A DNA stretch of 63,767 nucleotides, filler included, from Octopus bimaculoides (lineage: Eukaryota): assembly GCF_001194135.2 (NCBI RefSeq). It is 6 parts of 6 records of this genome, joined end to end, with 100 filler letters (N's around TTAATTAATTAA, not from the genome) between each part and the next. Parts side by side here need not be neighbours in the genome. Positions count along the whole stretch, not along the records: positions 1 to 10,999 come from NC_068995.1; positions 11,100 to 32,643 come from NC_068992.1; 4 more parts are not named here. The stretch is one strand, 5' to 3'. The stretch's first letter is position 1; the number at the start of each line of letters is the position of its first letter. The position numbers were made by a program, and so were the translations under genes. Of this stretch, positions 1 through 13,101 are shown one piece after another. The notes under the pieces were generated by a model, which was not told the origin of the DNA, did no database searches, and saw nothing but the letters and a program-made list of their open reading frames with translations.

Positions 1-10
1 CTTCCGATCT
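1..10 (+). other. Probable Illumina adapter remnant (assembly artefact)
   Basis: Window begins CTTCCGATCT, identical to the 3' end of the TruSeq adapter (..GCTCTTCCGATCT), directly followed by (CATA)n microsatellite. Confidence 0.7.
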
Positions 11-822
11 CATACATACATACATACATACATACATACATGCATACCATGCATACCATGCATACATACGTATATACATACATACAAACATACATATATA
101 CGCGCGCACACACACACATATACAAATATAATGTAAGTAGTTGTTTGAAACGATCAATTGGTTCTAATATCTTACGTTACGCGCATCTCACACAGAAACT
201 CAACATACGTATTAACGACAAAAGCGATGTTTATGGCGGAGCAAGATGTCGAGAAAGACATGGTAGGAGGTTCTACATATTTATTTATACGTTCATTTTG
301 TCTTCTTTTTATATTTCGTTTTTTTTTTCATATTTTATTTCCATTTTGTTATTTTACTTTCCTTTATATGTGTTATTTTTTATGCTTTGTGTATTTGTTT
401 ATTCATTTATAATTTATTTATGTAATTATTTATCTATCTATTTGTTNNNNNNNNNNNNNNNNNNNNNNNNNNNNNNNNNNNNNNNNNNNNNNNNNNNNNN
501 NNNNNNNNNNNNNNNNNNNNNNNNNNNNNNNNNNNNNNNNNNNNNNNNNNNNNNNNNNNNNNNNNNNNNNNNNNNNNNNNNNNNNNNNNNNNNNNNNNNN
601 NNNNNNNNNNNNNNNNNNNNNNNNNNNNNNNNNNNNNNNNNNNNNNNNNNNNNNNNNNNNNNNNNNNNNNNNNNNNNNNNNNNNNNNNNNNNNNNNNNNN
701 NNNNNNNNNNNNACGTCATTATCAGGATCATCATCATCATCATCGTCATCATAATTGTCGTCATCGTCGTCATCATTATTAGTAAAAGCCTCAAAGGTTG
801 CTGCAGTAGCAGCACCAGCACC

Positions 823-825
<3 letters not shown>

Positions 826-894
<69 letters not shown>

Positions 895-992
895 GCTGGT
901 GGTGCTAGTAGTAATAGTAGTAGTAATGGTGGTGGTACTGGTGGTGCTGGTGGTGCTGGTGCTGGTGCTGGTGGTGTTGGTGTTGGAAGTAA

Positions 993-1052
<60 letters not shown>

Positions 1053-1060
1053 CAGCAGCA
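826..1060. repeat. Compound trinucleotide microsatellite (AGT)n-(GGT/GCT)n-(AGT)n
   Basis: Seen directly; source of the poly-S/V/T/L ORFs in the track. Confidence 0.95.
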
Positions 1061-2706
1061 AGCGCAACCGCAGCTACAAGGAATGCAGCTGCAAGAAGAA
1101 AGCCCAAATACGATACTATACGTTGTGCATTGTTATCAGCTGGTTATTGTCATCTAAAGCAATTTCGTTCCAAAGTGATCACAATAAGCGGCTTCAACTT
1201 TAATGCATTGAATCCAATAGTGTAATATGCATAACGTCTGTCAACTAGATCGAGATGGTTAAAATCGGAACTCTTTGGATCATATCTGCCCAACCGATAC
1301 CAGCCTTGGGCTAAACAGTGACTGCCACAACCATAGCAACTATAGCACCAAAACCTAACGACAGCAACAGCAACAATACTAACATAAACAACAACAACAA
1401 CAGTGTCCAGAAATGGTGCAAGCAGTTGAGAGAATAAAACATATCCGGACAGTAATCCATCCGTCTGCCTCCGTGTGATTAGTCCATGCATCAGCAAAGC
1501 GGTGACGTGTTATGACTGGGACAATGAAATTTCAGTTTAAGCTACGAGGTCTGCTACATAGGAACCTGGACCACCCACATTCACTAAAAAAATAAATAAA
1601 CAACCAATAGCGATAAAAACAGCAACAACATCTATACTTAAAACCCGGACAACAATTCTTAACCATTCCTTCGGTCATACAAGAGAAGCAGTATCAACAG
1701 CGAAGAGAAGTTTCTGTCTACATAGTCGTTCAATCTGCATCAAATACCACCCAAAATTCCCTTCATTAAATAATACAGATATAGGCAGTGTAATATACAT
1801 ACATCCCCGATATTTTGGATGTTACCTGTTGACTATATGATATTAAGTTTTTCAGTGATACAGAGATCTCACTTGGTGATCCATCTTCTGTATTTTCTGA
1901 CTTCAGCAATGAAGTTCCATTTTAAGCTGCATAATAGCCTGAACCACACACACACACACATACACAGTACATTTAATCCAGGACACTCAGGAAAGCGAGA
2001 GTTCATAGTTCTTCAAAGATAGCCAGACATCTTGAAAGTTCATATTTTAACCTATGTGTTTTTGTCTTCCTAATTTCCATGTTTCGTAGCTTATTAAATT
2101 TATACAGATTTCTGCATAACTATTGTATAAAGGTTTTTTTTTTTTTTTCAAACATTTTCCATAAAATTAATCCGACAATTCATTTTCTCTTTTCTGGATG
2201 TAACAGAAGAGCTATGGACGAAACAAAATATTTTTTGTCTGACTAACGATTACGGATTGACAGTTTATTCACTCTCAGAATTGTTTTTGACTTTCTTTAT
2301 TCTAAGTTGTTAGACATACTCTCTTTTAATTTGTCATCCCTTAGAAAATATACCTACGTGTTTGTGTGTTTGTTTGTGTGTGTATGTGTGCGTGCGTGCG
2401 TGCGTGTGTGTGTGCGTGTATGTGTGAGTATGTGTGAATGTGTGTGTGTATTTGTTCTTATGTTTAGTTATATTAAAAACAATTTTGCATAAATATGAGG
2501 AGTTACTCTATACTTTCGTAGAGTACGAATTTATTCTTAAACAAGAATATTGTTAAACAGTGAGTTCGAAGATTCGACCAGTTAAATCATCGTCGGACTA
2601 CATACACACACATATATGTATGTATGCATGCATCTATGCATGTATATGTATATAACTTGTGATTTCCTATCTGGCAAATCGAGATGCACAACAAAACGAT
2701 AGTCAG

Positions 2707-2751
2707 TTGTTGTCTGATGATCGCTCTGACATGAAACGTGAGTCACAACAA
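2707..2751 (+). ncRNA. Type-I hammerhead ribozyme-like motif, stem II damaged
   Basis: TTGTTGT(2707-13)/ACAACAA(2745-51) stem I; CTGATGA core 2714-20; GAAAC 2733-37; GTGA tetraloop; GTC cleavage triplet 2742-44. Stem II region (2721-32) pairs poorly. Confidence 0.55.
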
Positions 2752-3108
2752 AAATATTCATTATGAAAGACCAATATACATTGCAACCTGTACTGAGTAC
2801 TCTCTTCCTCATTTGTCGACAAATTGAAACACTTGAACGTTAAATATATATATGTGTTTGCGCGCGCGTTTGTGTGTGTGTGTGTATTTAAAACTGTTTT
2901 AGAAAGCCATAACAAGTACAGGAGACATAACAAAAGAAAAAGACAAATTAAACGGTTTACACTTTTATCCTTCTGTTTCAATAGTTCGGCTTTTGTTTTC
3001 ACACCTTTATTTCCAAACTTACATTCGAGTGACTTTCTAAATCGCTTAGAGCTTTATTTCACGTTGCTTTATATAAACTACAATACGCTTATATGTGTGC
3101 GTGTGGTG

Positions 3109-3159
<51 letters not shown>

Positions 3160-3308
3160 TATATATGTATATATATATATATACATATATATATACATAT
3201 ATATATGCACATGTATATGTATATATATATAAATATATACATATATATATGCACATATATAAATGTATATATATATATATATTTATATATATGTATGTAT
3301 ATATATGC

Positions 3309-3362
<54 letters not shown>

Positions 3363-5499
3363 NNNNNNNNNNNNNNNNNNNNNNNNNNNNNNNNNNNNNN
3401 NNNNNNNNNNNNNNNNNNNNNNNNNNNNNNNNNNNNNNNNNNNNNNNNNNNNNNNNNNNNNNNNNNNNNNNNNNNNNNNNNNNNNNNNNNNNNNTATATA
3501 TATGTATATATATGCATAAACGTGGGTCCCTTCGCACGTGTTCATGTGTATGTATGTGTGTAAATAACATATAGATAGATAGACAGATATATATGTGCAT
3601 GTGTGCATATGTATATGTATTTATACGCATATGTACGCATATGCAAGTGTGTGTGTGTATATACACAAATATATTAATGTTTGAATGTATAACGTGTGTG
3701 TGTTATAACCTCTACATGATACAAAATATCACACTATATACATACAAACATATATACATATATATGTATTATATCATATTTTGTATATATCTTATTATAT
3801 ATATATGACGTCGACAGCACTGAAAAAAAAAGTACCACATTGTAAACTTCAGCTCTGAAAGCTGTCATCTCTCGTTGTTTTAGGGTCTTTAAAATTCAAG
3901 CTATTTTTCTTTTAATTATTTTATCTTGTTATTTATATTTATTCCTTTATTGTTATGGCTATTTTTGTTTCTCTAAACCTCAATCTTTTTGAAATAGTAT
4001 TCTTCATATAATTTCATACTTCATCTATTTACGTCTTTTTTTTTGTTTATTCACTTGAGTTTTGGGTTTTTTTTTTCTTTTTTGGTGGTGGGGAGGGTTT
4101 CGCATTTTCATTTATTTATATCTCTTTTTATTTTCTTTATATATTCTCCTCCCTTCACATCCTTCATTTTTACCGTCTTTGAGTCTTTAAGGTGCCAGTT
4201 TCAAATTCCTCATTCTGTGAAGTCTGTGGTTTTAGTTAGTTGTCAAGTGCAAAAAAATTTAACCAACAAATTTTCACTCTCAACAATCCTCCCCTTATTC
4301 TCCTCTTCTCTCATTCTCCCGTTCCCTCATTCTCTCGTTCATTCATTCCAGTTCTCCTGTTCTCCCATTCTCTCACTCTCCCATGGCTTTATTCTCCCAT
4401 TCTTCCTTTTCTTCCGTTCTCGTCTCTTTCCAGTGCTCCGCCAAGATTCCAAACGGAATTTTCCCCTAACCAAAATATTTGCCCAACCAGCGTTCTTGTT
4501 GGTTTTTCTAAGGGTTTATATTCCTTGGATATTTGTGTGTTTATTGTTGTTTTATGGGGCGGATTATATATTTTTTTAGGGGCTTTTCATTCTTTGTTCA
4601 GTATTTAAAGGTTCGAGGTTTCTTTTTTCCGTGGAATATATTTGTTTTAGATTAAAGTAAAATGTTTTCAACGTGAATATTGATTTTCCTCTGCTCGTTT
4701 ATCCTTATATGTATATATCTGTATGTATCTATGTGTACATGTGTCAGTATATGTGTGTGTGTACGTATGCGCAGGTGTGTGTATATATTTGTATGTGTAT
4801 ATCTGTATATGTATGCATGTATATGTGTCCATGAATGTATTTATATATGCGTGCATGAGTGTTTTTATATATGTGCATATGTGTATGTGTGCAAGAGAGA
4901 GTATATGTGTATGTATGTTTGTGTGTGTGAGTTTATGCTCGTAGGTGTGTATGTGTTTATACGTGTGTATGCTTGTGTGCGACAGAGACAGAAACAGAGC
5001 GTGTGTGTGTGCGTTTATATGTATGATTATAAGTGTATAATTGTTTATATATGTGTGTATATGTGTAGGTGTATATGTGTTTATATGTGTGTATGCTTGT
5101 GTGAGACAGAGACAGAGACAGGGAGAGTGTGTTTATATGTATGATTATAAGTGTGTAATTGTTTATATATGTGTGTATAAGTGTGTTTACATATGCGTTT
5201 GTAATTGTTTGTGTGTGTGTGTGTGTGTATTTATGAATGTGCATGCGAACATGTTTACATATGAATGTGTTTTGCTCTTGTTTTTATTTGACCTCATTAT
5301 GTCAATCCTTATTAAACAGAAATGTGCCAAAATATGTCCCAGTTGTGAACATCCTGTAGTTTTGCATATCCAATATACCTTTTATTATATACAAAAGTAA
5401 AGCATCATATTAGGTTTGAAGTAGTTTGACTACTATTACTATTAGGTCAACAAGAAGCTCCCTGTGGGACGCATATGTCAGCAATATAAGTATAGTCTT

Positions 5500-6062
5500 C
5501 AAGGCGGGGAGCTGGCTGAATATTTAGCCCACCGGGGGAAAATGCTCCTGGCATTTTCCCAACGTCTTTGCCTTCTAAGTTCAAATACCACGGAAGCCGA
5601 CTTCCCCTTTCATCCCTTTCGTGGTCGATGAAATAAGTACCAGTTGAGTAATCGACTTAGCCTCTCACCGAACTTGCTGGTCTTGTGCTAAAATTTGAAA
5701 CCCATATGACTATACTGTACAAGGCATTGAACCCGGCGGAATCCTTAGTACGCCGGGCAAAATGCTGTACAACATTTCGTCCGTTTTCATGCTCTGAGTT
5801 CAAATTCTGCCGAGGTCGTTTATGCCTTTCATCCTTTCGGGGTCGATGAAATAAGTACCAATTGAGCGTTGAGTTGCTATAATCGATTTAACCATTTCCT
5901 CCGAATTGCTGTTCTTTATCCTAAATTTGAAACCAATATTTGTTTAGTATTTAAAGTAGTGATTGGCAGAATCGTGAGCAGCATTTCGTCCGTGTTTACA
6001 TTCTAAGATCAAATTCCACCGACATTGGCTTTGCCTTTTATGCTTTCGAGATCGATAAAGTA
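5500..6062 (+). mobile_element. Cluster of three diverged copies of SINE-like family B (..gagttcaaattc..gccgaggtcgac..tttcatcctttcggggtcgat..)
   Basis: Same motif recurs at 25460-25872 (-), 44270-44640 (-), 50960-51780 and 62700-62820 in this window. Confidence 0.8.
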
Positions 6063-6074
6063 TATAGATCGTTT

Positions 6075-6460
6075 TTGTGTACTCTGTTGTCGTATTTGGG
6101 CAGGGGCACCGTCTTGTCCATTGGATCTCCTCGACCGGGTTCAGAAGGGAGTCTCTAATCTGATTGGTCCTTCGCTTGCTTCAACTCAGAAACACTTCTC
6201 GCAGCGACGTGACGTCACTAGTCTTAGTGCTTCCTATCGTTATTACCACAGGTAGTGCTCTGATGAACTTTCTCTCTTAATTCCAGATGACTTTGAGCCA
6301 TGTCATCTGACTCGAAACTCACAGCATCTCCATCCTAAAGCTATTGTGCTCCTACGGATAAAGAAATTTTTCTACGGTCCTAGATTTTTTCCCCTCGAAC
6401 TGTTAGGCTTTGTAACTCTTTTCCATCTCATTTAGAACTTCCTTCTAAGTTTAGAACTTC
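6075..6460 (+). mobile_element. CR1/Jockey-group LINE ORF2 C-terminal remnant
   Basis: Translation IWAGAPSCPLDLLDRVQKGVSNLIG..QRRDVTSLSASYRYYHR*CSDELS matches the typical CR1-group end (LDRVQ..RR.V.SL..FYRYY.G.CS.EL); internal stop. Confidence 0.7.
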
Positions 6461-7230
6461 CTTCTAAGTTCCATCTCATTTGCTTTCTAAGTTCAAATAG
6501 TCTCGTGGTCTTGTGCTAAAATTTGAAACCCATATGACTATACTGTACATAACCCCTCGTTATGACTTGAACTCTTTCAAGTCTAACAAATTCATTCATT
6601 CAATCTTCATTTCTCCTTCTTTATATTCCCTTACACTAAGCGGCTTTTCACCTTCACTGGGACTTTCAATTCAAACAAAAGTAAATCTTTCTACATGTCT
6701 GGTGAGTGAAATCTGGTAGACGGAAATTATACAAGGTTCAAGCATATATGGCTGTATGCTTGTATTTACGTCTTTGTTTCTGATGACCGATGCTCTTCAT
6801 TTATATCCCGTATAGACAAATCGAGTCTAAAAATTAAGTACAGGAGTTTAACAAAAAGTCAGTAAAAGTAAGTAATCATGGTGTTGGATATGATCTTCAA
6901 ATTGGTACCCCAGTATAGGCTTTCTTAAGTAATTAGAAGCTGTAACATGATTGAAGAGTATTCAATATACTTCCACCCACCAAAATTAAGAAAATAAATA
7001 CACTAATAATAATGTTGGTTTCATACTTTAGGAGAAGACCAGGAATTTTGTGTTCAAGGGACAAGTTAATTACAACGGCAGCAATATTTGAGTGTTGTTT
7101 ATTTCATTGACTCAGAAGAATTAAAGTCAAAGTTAACCTCGGTGATGTTTGCAATTAGACGATAAAAAACAGGAAGACATCTTACTAAACATTTTATCCG
7201 AAGAGCTAATGATTCTTTCAGTTAGTACCC

Positions 7231-7297
<67 letters not shown>

Positions 7298-7449
7298 ATT
7301 GATGAAAACAGCTAAGACAAAAGAAAAATCAAGAAAAGAGGATAACAAATGGAAGAAAGAAGGAGAACCAACAACAAAAAAAAAGAATAAAATGATGCGT
7401 AAAGATGCGCTCGGTAGTGAAGTGAAAGCACGCTATAAAAATAAAACTA

Positions 7450-7485
<36 letters not shown>

Positions 7486-7599
7486 TTATTTTGATATGAG
7501 ATCACCATGTCGCTCATGGTGAGGGGTGATTAAATGATGATGCTGTTAATGTTGATGGTAGTTTATAATTCTATTATTAAACCTGCCAGCCCACACCCA

Positions 7600-7790
7600 A
7601 AACTGCACTCCAAACCCTGGCCTTCGGATTTGCTCGCTTCTTACTCTATCTTTTCTACCGCTACTACAACGGCATCAATTTTTCAGTCATGGTAGGATTG
7701 GCTTCATGTCACACCCATTCAACTAATTTGTCTTCCTTTCCTTTCTCACATCACCCCTTTTATATCCAGCCTCATCTTAGAGCTCGGAGC
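7600..7790 (+). mobile_element. Second CR1-like 3' remnant
   Basis: CTC TAT CTT TTC TAC CGC TAC TAC AAC GGC = LYLFYRYYNG motif; otherwise decayed. Confidence 0.45.
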
Positions 7791-8320
7791 AACCAATACG
7801 CCAATTATAATGATCATTACATATTTATCCTTCATTGAAGCAAATAAGGATTTTTATGTACTAGATCCTCGTCCCATTGGGATTTTTCTTTGATCTATGT
7901 TCGTGCTGCAGGCAACAACATGGAACTATTAAAAAACGATCGGTATGCGTTGATCTCACCTTTGAGGTCTTCGGGGACCTGTGAAAATTGTTTCAACCAC
8001 CTATTCCATAAAAAGCAAATAAAAATTATTTTAAAAGTTTCTACACGAAAGGTTTTATGTAAACACGAGTCAGATGTTGCCATCGACTCTTCTTCGTTGG
8101 ATGTCTGGCACTGTATTTAAGAATGGCTCCTTTTTATGTTATGGTTCTTGAGTATGACCTAAAGACGTTTTGGTGACTGATTCTTGAATATCAACTATCT
8201 GGATCAGTTTTCTCTCATCGATTCGATGATTTAACGGATGAATTACTTTGAGTAGCTGGGTGGTTAGATGGATGGATAAAGTGATAAATAAGTAGACAGG
8301 TAAGTAGAAGGGCATATTTA

Positions 8321-8366
<46 letters not shown>

Positions 8367-9040
8367 NNNNNNNNNNNNNNNNNNNNNNNNNNNNNNNNNN
8401 NNNNNNNNNNNNNNNNNNNNNNNNNNNNNNNNNNNNNNNNNNNNNNNNNNNNNNNNNNNNNNNNNNNNNNNNNNNNNNNNNNNNNNNNNNNNNNNNNNNN
8501 NNNNNNNNNNNNNNNNNNNNNNNNNNNNNNNNNNNNNNNNNNNNNNNNNNNNNNNNNNNNNNNNNNNNNNNNNNNNNNNNNNNNNNNNNNNNNNNNNNNN
8601 NNNNNNNNNNNNNNNNNNNNNNNNNNNNNNNNNNNNNNNNNNNNNNNNNNNNNNNNNNNNNNNNNNNNNNNNNNNNNNNNNNNNNNNNNNNNNNNNNNNN
8701 NNNNNNNNNNNNNNNNNNNNNNNNNNNNNNNNNNNNNNNNNNNNNNNNNNNNNNNNNNNNNNNNNNNNNNNNNNNNNNNNNNNNNNNNNNNNNNNNNNNN
8801 NNNNNNNNNNNNNNNNNNNNNNNNNNNNNNNNNNNNNNNNNNNNNNNNNNNNNNNNNNNNNNNNNNNNNNNNNNNNNNNNNNNNNNNNNNNNNNNNNNNN
8901 NNNNNNNNNNNNNNNNNNNNNNNNNNNNNNNNNNNNNNNNNNNNNNNNNNNNNNNNNNNNNNNNNNNNNNNNNNNNNNNNNNNNNNNNNNNNNNNNNNNN
9001 NNNNNNNNNNNNNNNNNNNNNNNNNNNNNNNNNNNNNNNN

Positions 9041-9105
<65 letters not shown>

Positions 9106-9638
9106 TACATATATACACGCAAACATATACACAGCTATTACACACAAACATACACACAGGTACACAAGCACTCGCCCTCTACACCGTCTTTAAATGCATC
9201 AATAGATTTTCAATTGAATATTACATCATTTCATTTAAGTTTCATTCATCATGACTAAGATCGAAAGAGCAACAGAACGTGAGATAGTAAGACTGGGAGA
9301 CACAGAGAGAGAGAGAGAGAGAGAGAGAAGGTGAGAGAGAACGAGAGAGATAAGAGTATGTGTGAGAAAGATAGACAGATAGATAGGTAGATGGATAGAT
9401 AGAGAGAGGGGTGAGGTGAGCCAGAGAGATCAATGATGGTGAAATTCCACAAGCAGGGAAACTGTTTGTATTTAACTTCCATGGCATAAATATTTCCATT
9501 GTTGAAAGAGAAACAAAAGAAGATTGTTCGTTCTATAGATATATTTTCTATGGAAAATACCTATTCGAAAAAGCATGTTCAGCATTTGCTAACATCTATA
9601 AAAGAAGAAGAAAATATACATATATATAAATAAACATC

Positions 9639-9701
<63 letters not shown>

Positions 9702-10025
9702 TAATAATAATAATAGTGGTAATGTTAATAATAACAATAATAATAATAGTTACAATAATAATAATAATGGGTAACAAAAAAGGGAAAGAAGTTGCAAAGG
9801 ACAAACAAGAAGAAATTAAGCCCATCGAAAGAAATGAAGACATGAAGAAAGAAAAGAGAAAAGAAAGAATTGAAAGAGCTAAAGAAGAAGAAGAAAAAAC
9901 AGTGGAAACAATCCTGAATTATAAGAGGAATGAAAAAATACATACATGCATACATACCTCTCTCTCTCTCTCTCTCACTTTCACCCTTCTCTTTCTCTCT
10001 TTCCCTCTCTCTATCTATCCCCCTC

Positions 10026-10060
<35 letters not shown>

Positions 10061-10182
10061 ATGTGTGTGTGTGAGTGTGTGCGTGTGGGCGTATATATAT
10101 ACACATATATATATATATATGAATATATAGATGTATATACATATGTATATATATAGGTATGTGTGTGTATATATATATATAT

Positions 10183-10243
<61 letters not shown>

Positions 10244-10277
10244 GAGGTAGATAGATACATACATACATACATGTATA

Positions 10278-10345
<68 letters not shown>

Positions 10346-10473
10346 TACATTCTTATATATGTGTGTGTGTATGTATGTAAATATATATGCTTGTATATAT
10401 ATATGTATATATATATAAAGACGTAATAACAACAACAGCAACAACATTAATAATAATAATAGTAATAGTAATA

Positions 10474-10539
<66 letters not shown>

Positions 10540-10873
10540 TGATGAAAAACAGCTAAGACAAAAGAAAAATCAAGAAAAGAGGATAACAAATGGAAGAAAG
10601 GAGGGGAGCCAACAACAAAGGAAAAAAGAAAAGAAAAGATGATGCGTAAAGAATGAGAGAAGAGAAAATGAGAGAAAGGAAAAAAGAAAAAAGAAAAATA
10701 AGAGGAAGGAAAAAAGAATGGAGAAAAGAGAAAAAAGGAAAGGGGGGGGCTTAGAAAGAAAAATGTAATAAGTTAAAACTACGTAGGGAATAAAAGGGAT
10801 TGCAAGGAAAGACAATGGTAACTAAGAGGATTTTAGCTTAGTGAATGGAGGGGGAGGGGGGAAGTAGAAGACA

Positions 10874-10914
<41 letters not shown>

Positions 10915-10999
10915 TGATGATGATAATGATGATAATAATAAGAAGAAGAAGAAGAGGAGGAAGAAGAAGAAGAAGAAGAAGAAGAAGAAGAAGAAGAAG

Positions 11000-11099
11000 N
11001 NNNNNNNNNNNNNNNNNNNNNNNNNNNNNNNNNNNNNNNNNNNTTAATTAATTAANNNNNNNNNNNNNNNNNNNNNNNNNNNNNNNNNNNNNNNNNNNN
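11000..11099. other. Artificial join spacer N44-TTAATTAATTAA-N44
   Basis: Exactly 100 nt with a six-frame stop linker at 11044-11055; identical structures at 32644-32743, 46330-46429, 59450-59549, 62471-62570. Confidence 0.95.
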
Positions 11100-11227
11100 C
11101 GGCTGTCAAGCGATGTTGGGGGGACAAACAGACACACAAACATATACACACGCATACATATATATATATACATATATATGACGGGCTTCTTTCAGTTTCC
11201 GTCTATCAAATCCACTCATAAGGCTTT
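11100..11227 (-). mobile_element. SINE family A body fused to the 5S head; runs into gap
   Basis: Minus strand ..ccaaagccttatgagtggatttgatagacggaaactgaaagaagcccgtc.. matches the full family A copy at 19171-19579. Confidence 0.85.
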
Positions 11228-11319
11228 GGTCACCCATCTAAGTACTCACTAGACTTGACGTTGCTTAACTTCGCTGGTCAGACGAGAACCGGTGCTCTCA
11301 ACGTGATAGGGCCGTAAGC
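11228..11319 (-). pseudogene. 3'-truncated 5S rRNA-derived sequence (about 92 nt) forming the head of a SINE copy
   Basis: Minus strand reads GCTTACGGCCCTATCACGTTGAGAGCACCGGTTCTCGTCTGACCAGCGAAGTTAAGCAACGTCAAGTCTAGTGAGTACTTAGATGGGTGACC, colinear with the metazoan 5S 5' part including box A and most of box C; 3' part of 5S absent. Confidence 0.9.
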
Positions 11320-12189
11320 CATATCATGTTGATAATAATGTTTTTTTTTCTTGTGACGATGGGGACTTTACAGCAATTTATTTTCCGTTCTGAATCTTTG
11401 CACGTTTATTCTTAACATGTTTAGGCAGAGTCAGCTGCAAAATGTGCAAAATATTCTTTGGGGAACAACTTCTTCCTTCTTGGCAATAGGGTGTTCAACA
11501 CAATCATCTCATTAGCACATGGCATTCTGGGACACCAGTATATAAAGTTACTGTTTGTGAACCATATGCCAACCTGTGTATAGGTTACTTTCTTGTATAT
11601 ATTTAGTTAATATTTCCATCATCGCTAATTCCAGCAAATACAGAGAAATCAGTATTTCACTAACGAGATCATTCATGTAATGTCTCCTACTCCCCTCCAC
11701 ACACACACACACACACATATGGACTTGGAGAAATAATTCGAGCAATTATTCCCTTCACCACTTAATGTCCACTGCCTGAAATGTATCAACATTAACTTAA
11801 CTGTTATAATTAACTTCCTGGTTGTGTGTCTTTTGCTACAAATCACATCATCAAATGTTTCTAATTGTGAACAGTTTATTTTAAAATATTCTACTTGAAT
11901 GTTGTGTATTTTATATTGCTAAATGTTTTATGAATGCATTTATTGTGGCCATGTTTGTGTGTGTGTGTATACATGTGTTTGTATATATGTATATATATTT
12001 GATATATTTGTGTATATTTTATATTCAGACTTTTAAATCATATTCTGGCATTAAAATCAAAGTGGACTCAACACAAAGACGATCAATAAAGGTAGGAAAT
12101 ATTTGGAAAAAAAAAAAAAAAAGCTGTCCCATTTTTTTTGTTTGATTTAAGACTTTAAAAAAATAACTTGAAATGTAAGTAGGTTAGTT

Positions 12190-12520
12190 TCAAATGAAAA
12201 AGTAATCCAGTTGGTCAAGTGATGAGGATGTGAGTGTCGGTGGAGGTGTGAATGACAGTGGGGATGTGAGTGATGGTGGGGTTGGAATGTGAGTGATGGT
12301 AAGTATGTGAGTGATGGTTGGAATGTGAGTGATGGCAGGCATGTGAGTGATGGTGAGGATGTGTGATAGTATGGATTTGAGTGACAGTAGGGTTGTGAAT
12401 GACTGAGGATGTGAGTGATGGTGGGGATGCAATGTAAATGACGGTGGTTGTGTGAGTGACAGTGGAAATGTGGTTGACAGTGGGGATATGAGTGATGGTT
12501 GAACATGTAATGTGAGTGAC
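12190..12520. repeat. Degenerate ~18-bp minisatellite (gatgtgagtgatggtggg-like)
   Basis: Repeated gtgagtgatgg/gtgagtgacag units seen directly. Confidence 0.75.
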
Positions 12521-12809
12521 TGTCGGGATGCAATATGTATATCGAAAGGTTTATATTAGTGACTGGAAGATTAATGATATATTGAATGTCATCAGAGAAT
12601 TGGAAATGTTTTGAAAAGACCAAATACGCAAACTTCTCTGGTTCTTCTTTTGACCTGTAAAGTTCAGTTATTGAGCCATACCATGTTGGAGGTGCTTTGC
12701 TAAAGGTATTTTACAGGTTAATGAGGATCTAGGCAGATACAGTTTCAGATTTAACTAGCAGAGATACCTGGCATTGCTTGAGATTAAAATGGCATAGTTT
12801 TTTATTTTT

Positions 12810-13065
12810 TACTTGTTTTGGTCATGTGACTGCAGCCATGCTGGAGCACCACCTTTAGTCGAAGAAATCGACCCCAGGATTTATTCTTTGGTGTGTTTTG
12901 CCAAACAGCTAAGTTATGGGAACGTAAACACAGCAATATCGGTTTTCAAGCAATGGTGGGGGTACAAACACAGACACACACACACAAATATACACATATA
13001 TATGACAGTCTTCTTTCAGTTTGCGTGTACGAAATCCACTCACAAGGAATTGGTGGGCTTGACAC
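12810..13065 (-). mobile_element. SINE family A, 3' two-thirds
   Basis: gactgcagccatgctggagcacc..cagtttgcgtgtacgaaatccactcacaagg is the reverse complement of family A. Confidence 0.85.
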
Positions 13066-13070
13066 TATAG

Positions 13071-13097
<27 letters not shown>

Positions 13098-13101
<4 letters not shown>

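Noticed and set aside
40-1225. Long ORFs (387, 225, 209, 156 aa) with poly-S/T/L/V
   Set aside because: Made of trinucleotide microsatellites and N gaps; open in several frames on both strands.
11407-11568. Minus-strand open frame VGIWFTNSNFIYWCPRMPC..AADSA* as a terminal exon
   Set aside because: About 52 codons, weak acceptor, no recognisable family; within chance expectation.
12147-12730. ~190-codon His/Pro-rich minus-strand frame, including KAPPTWYGSITELYRSKEEPEKF
   Set aside because: Most of its length is the 18-bp minisatellite, which shifts register relative to the frame (no coding constraint). The unique N-terminal part has no good donor or recognisable homology.
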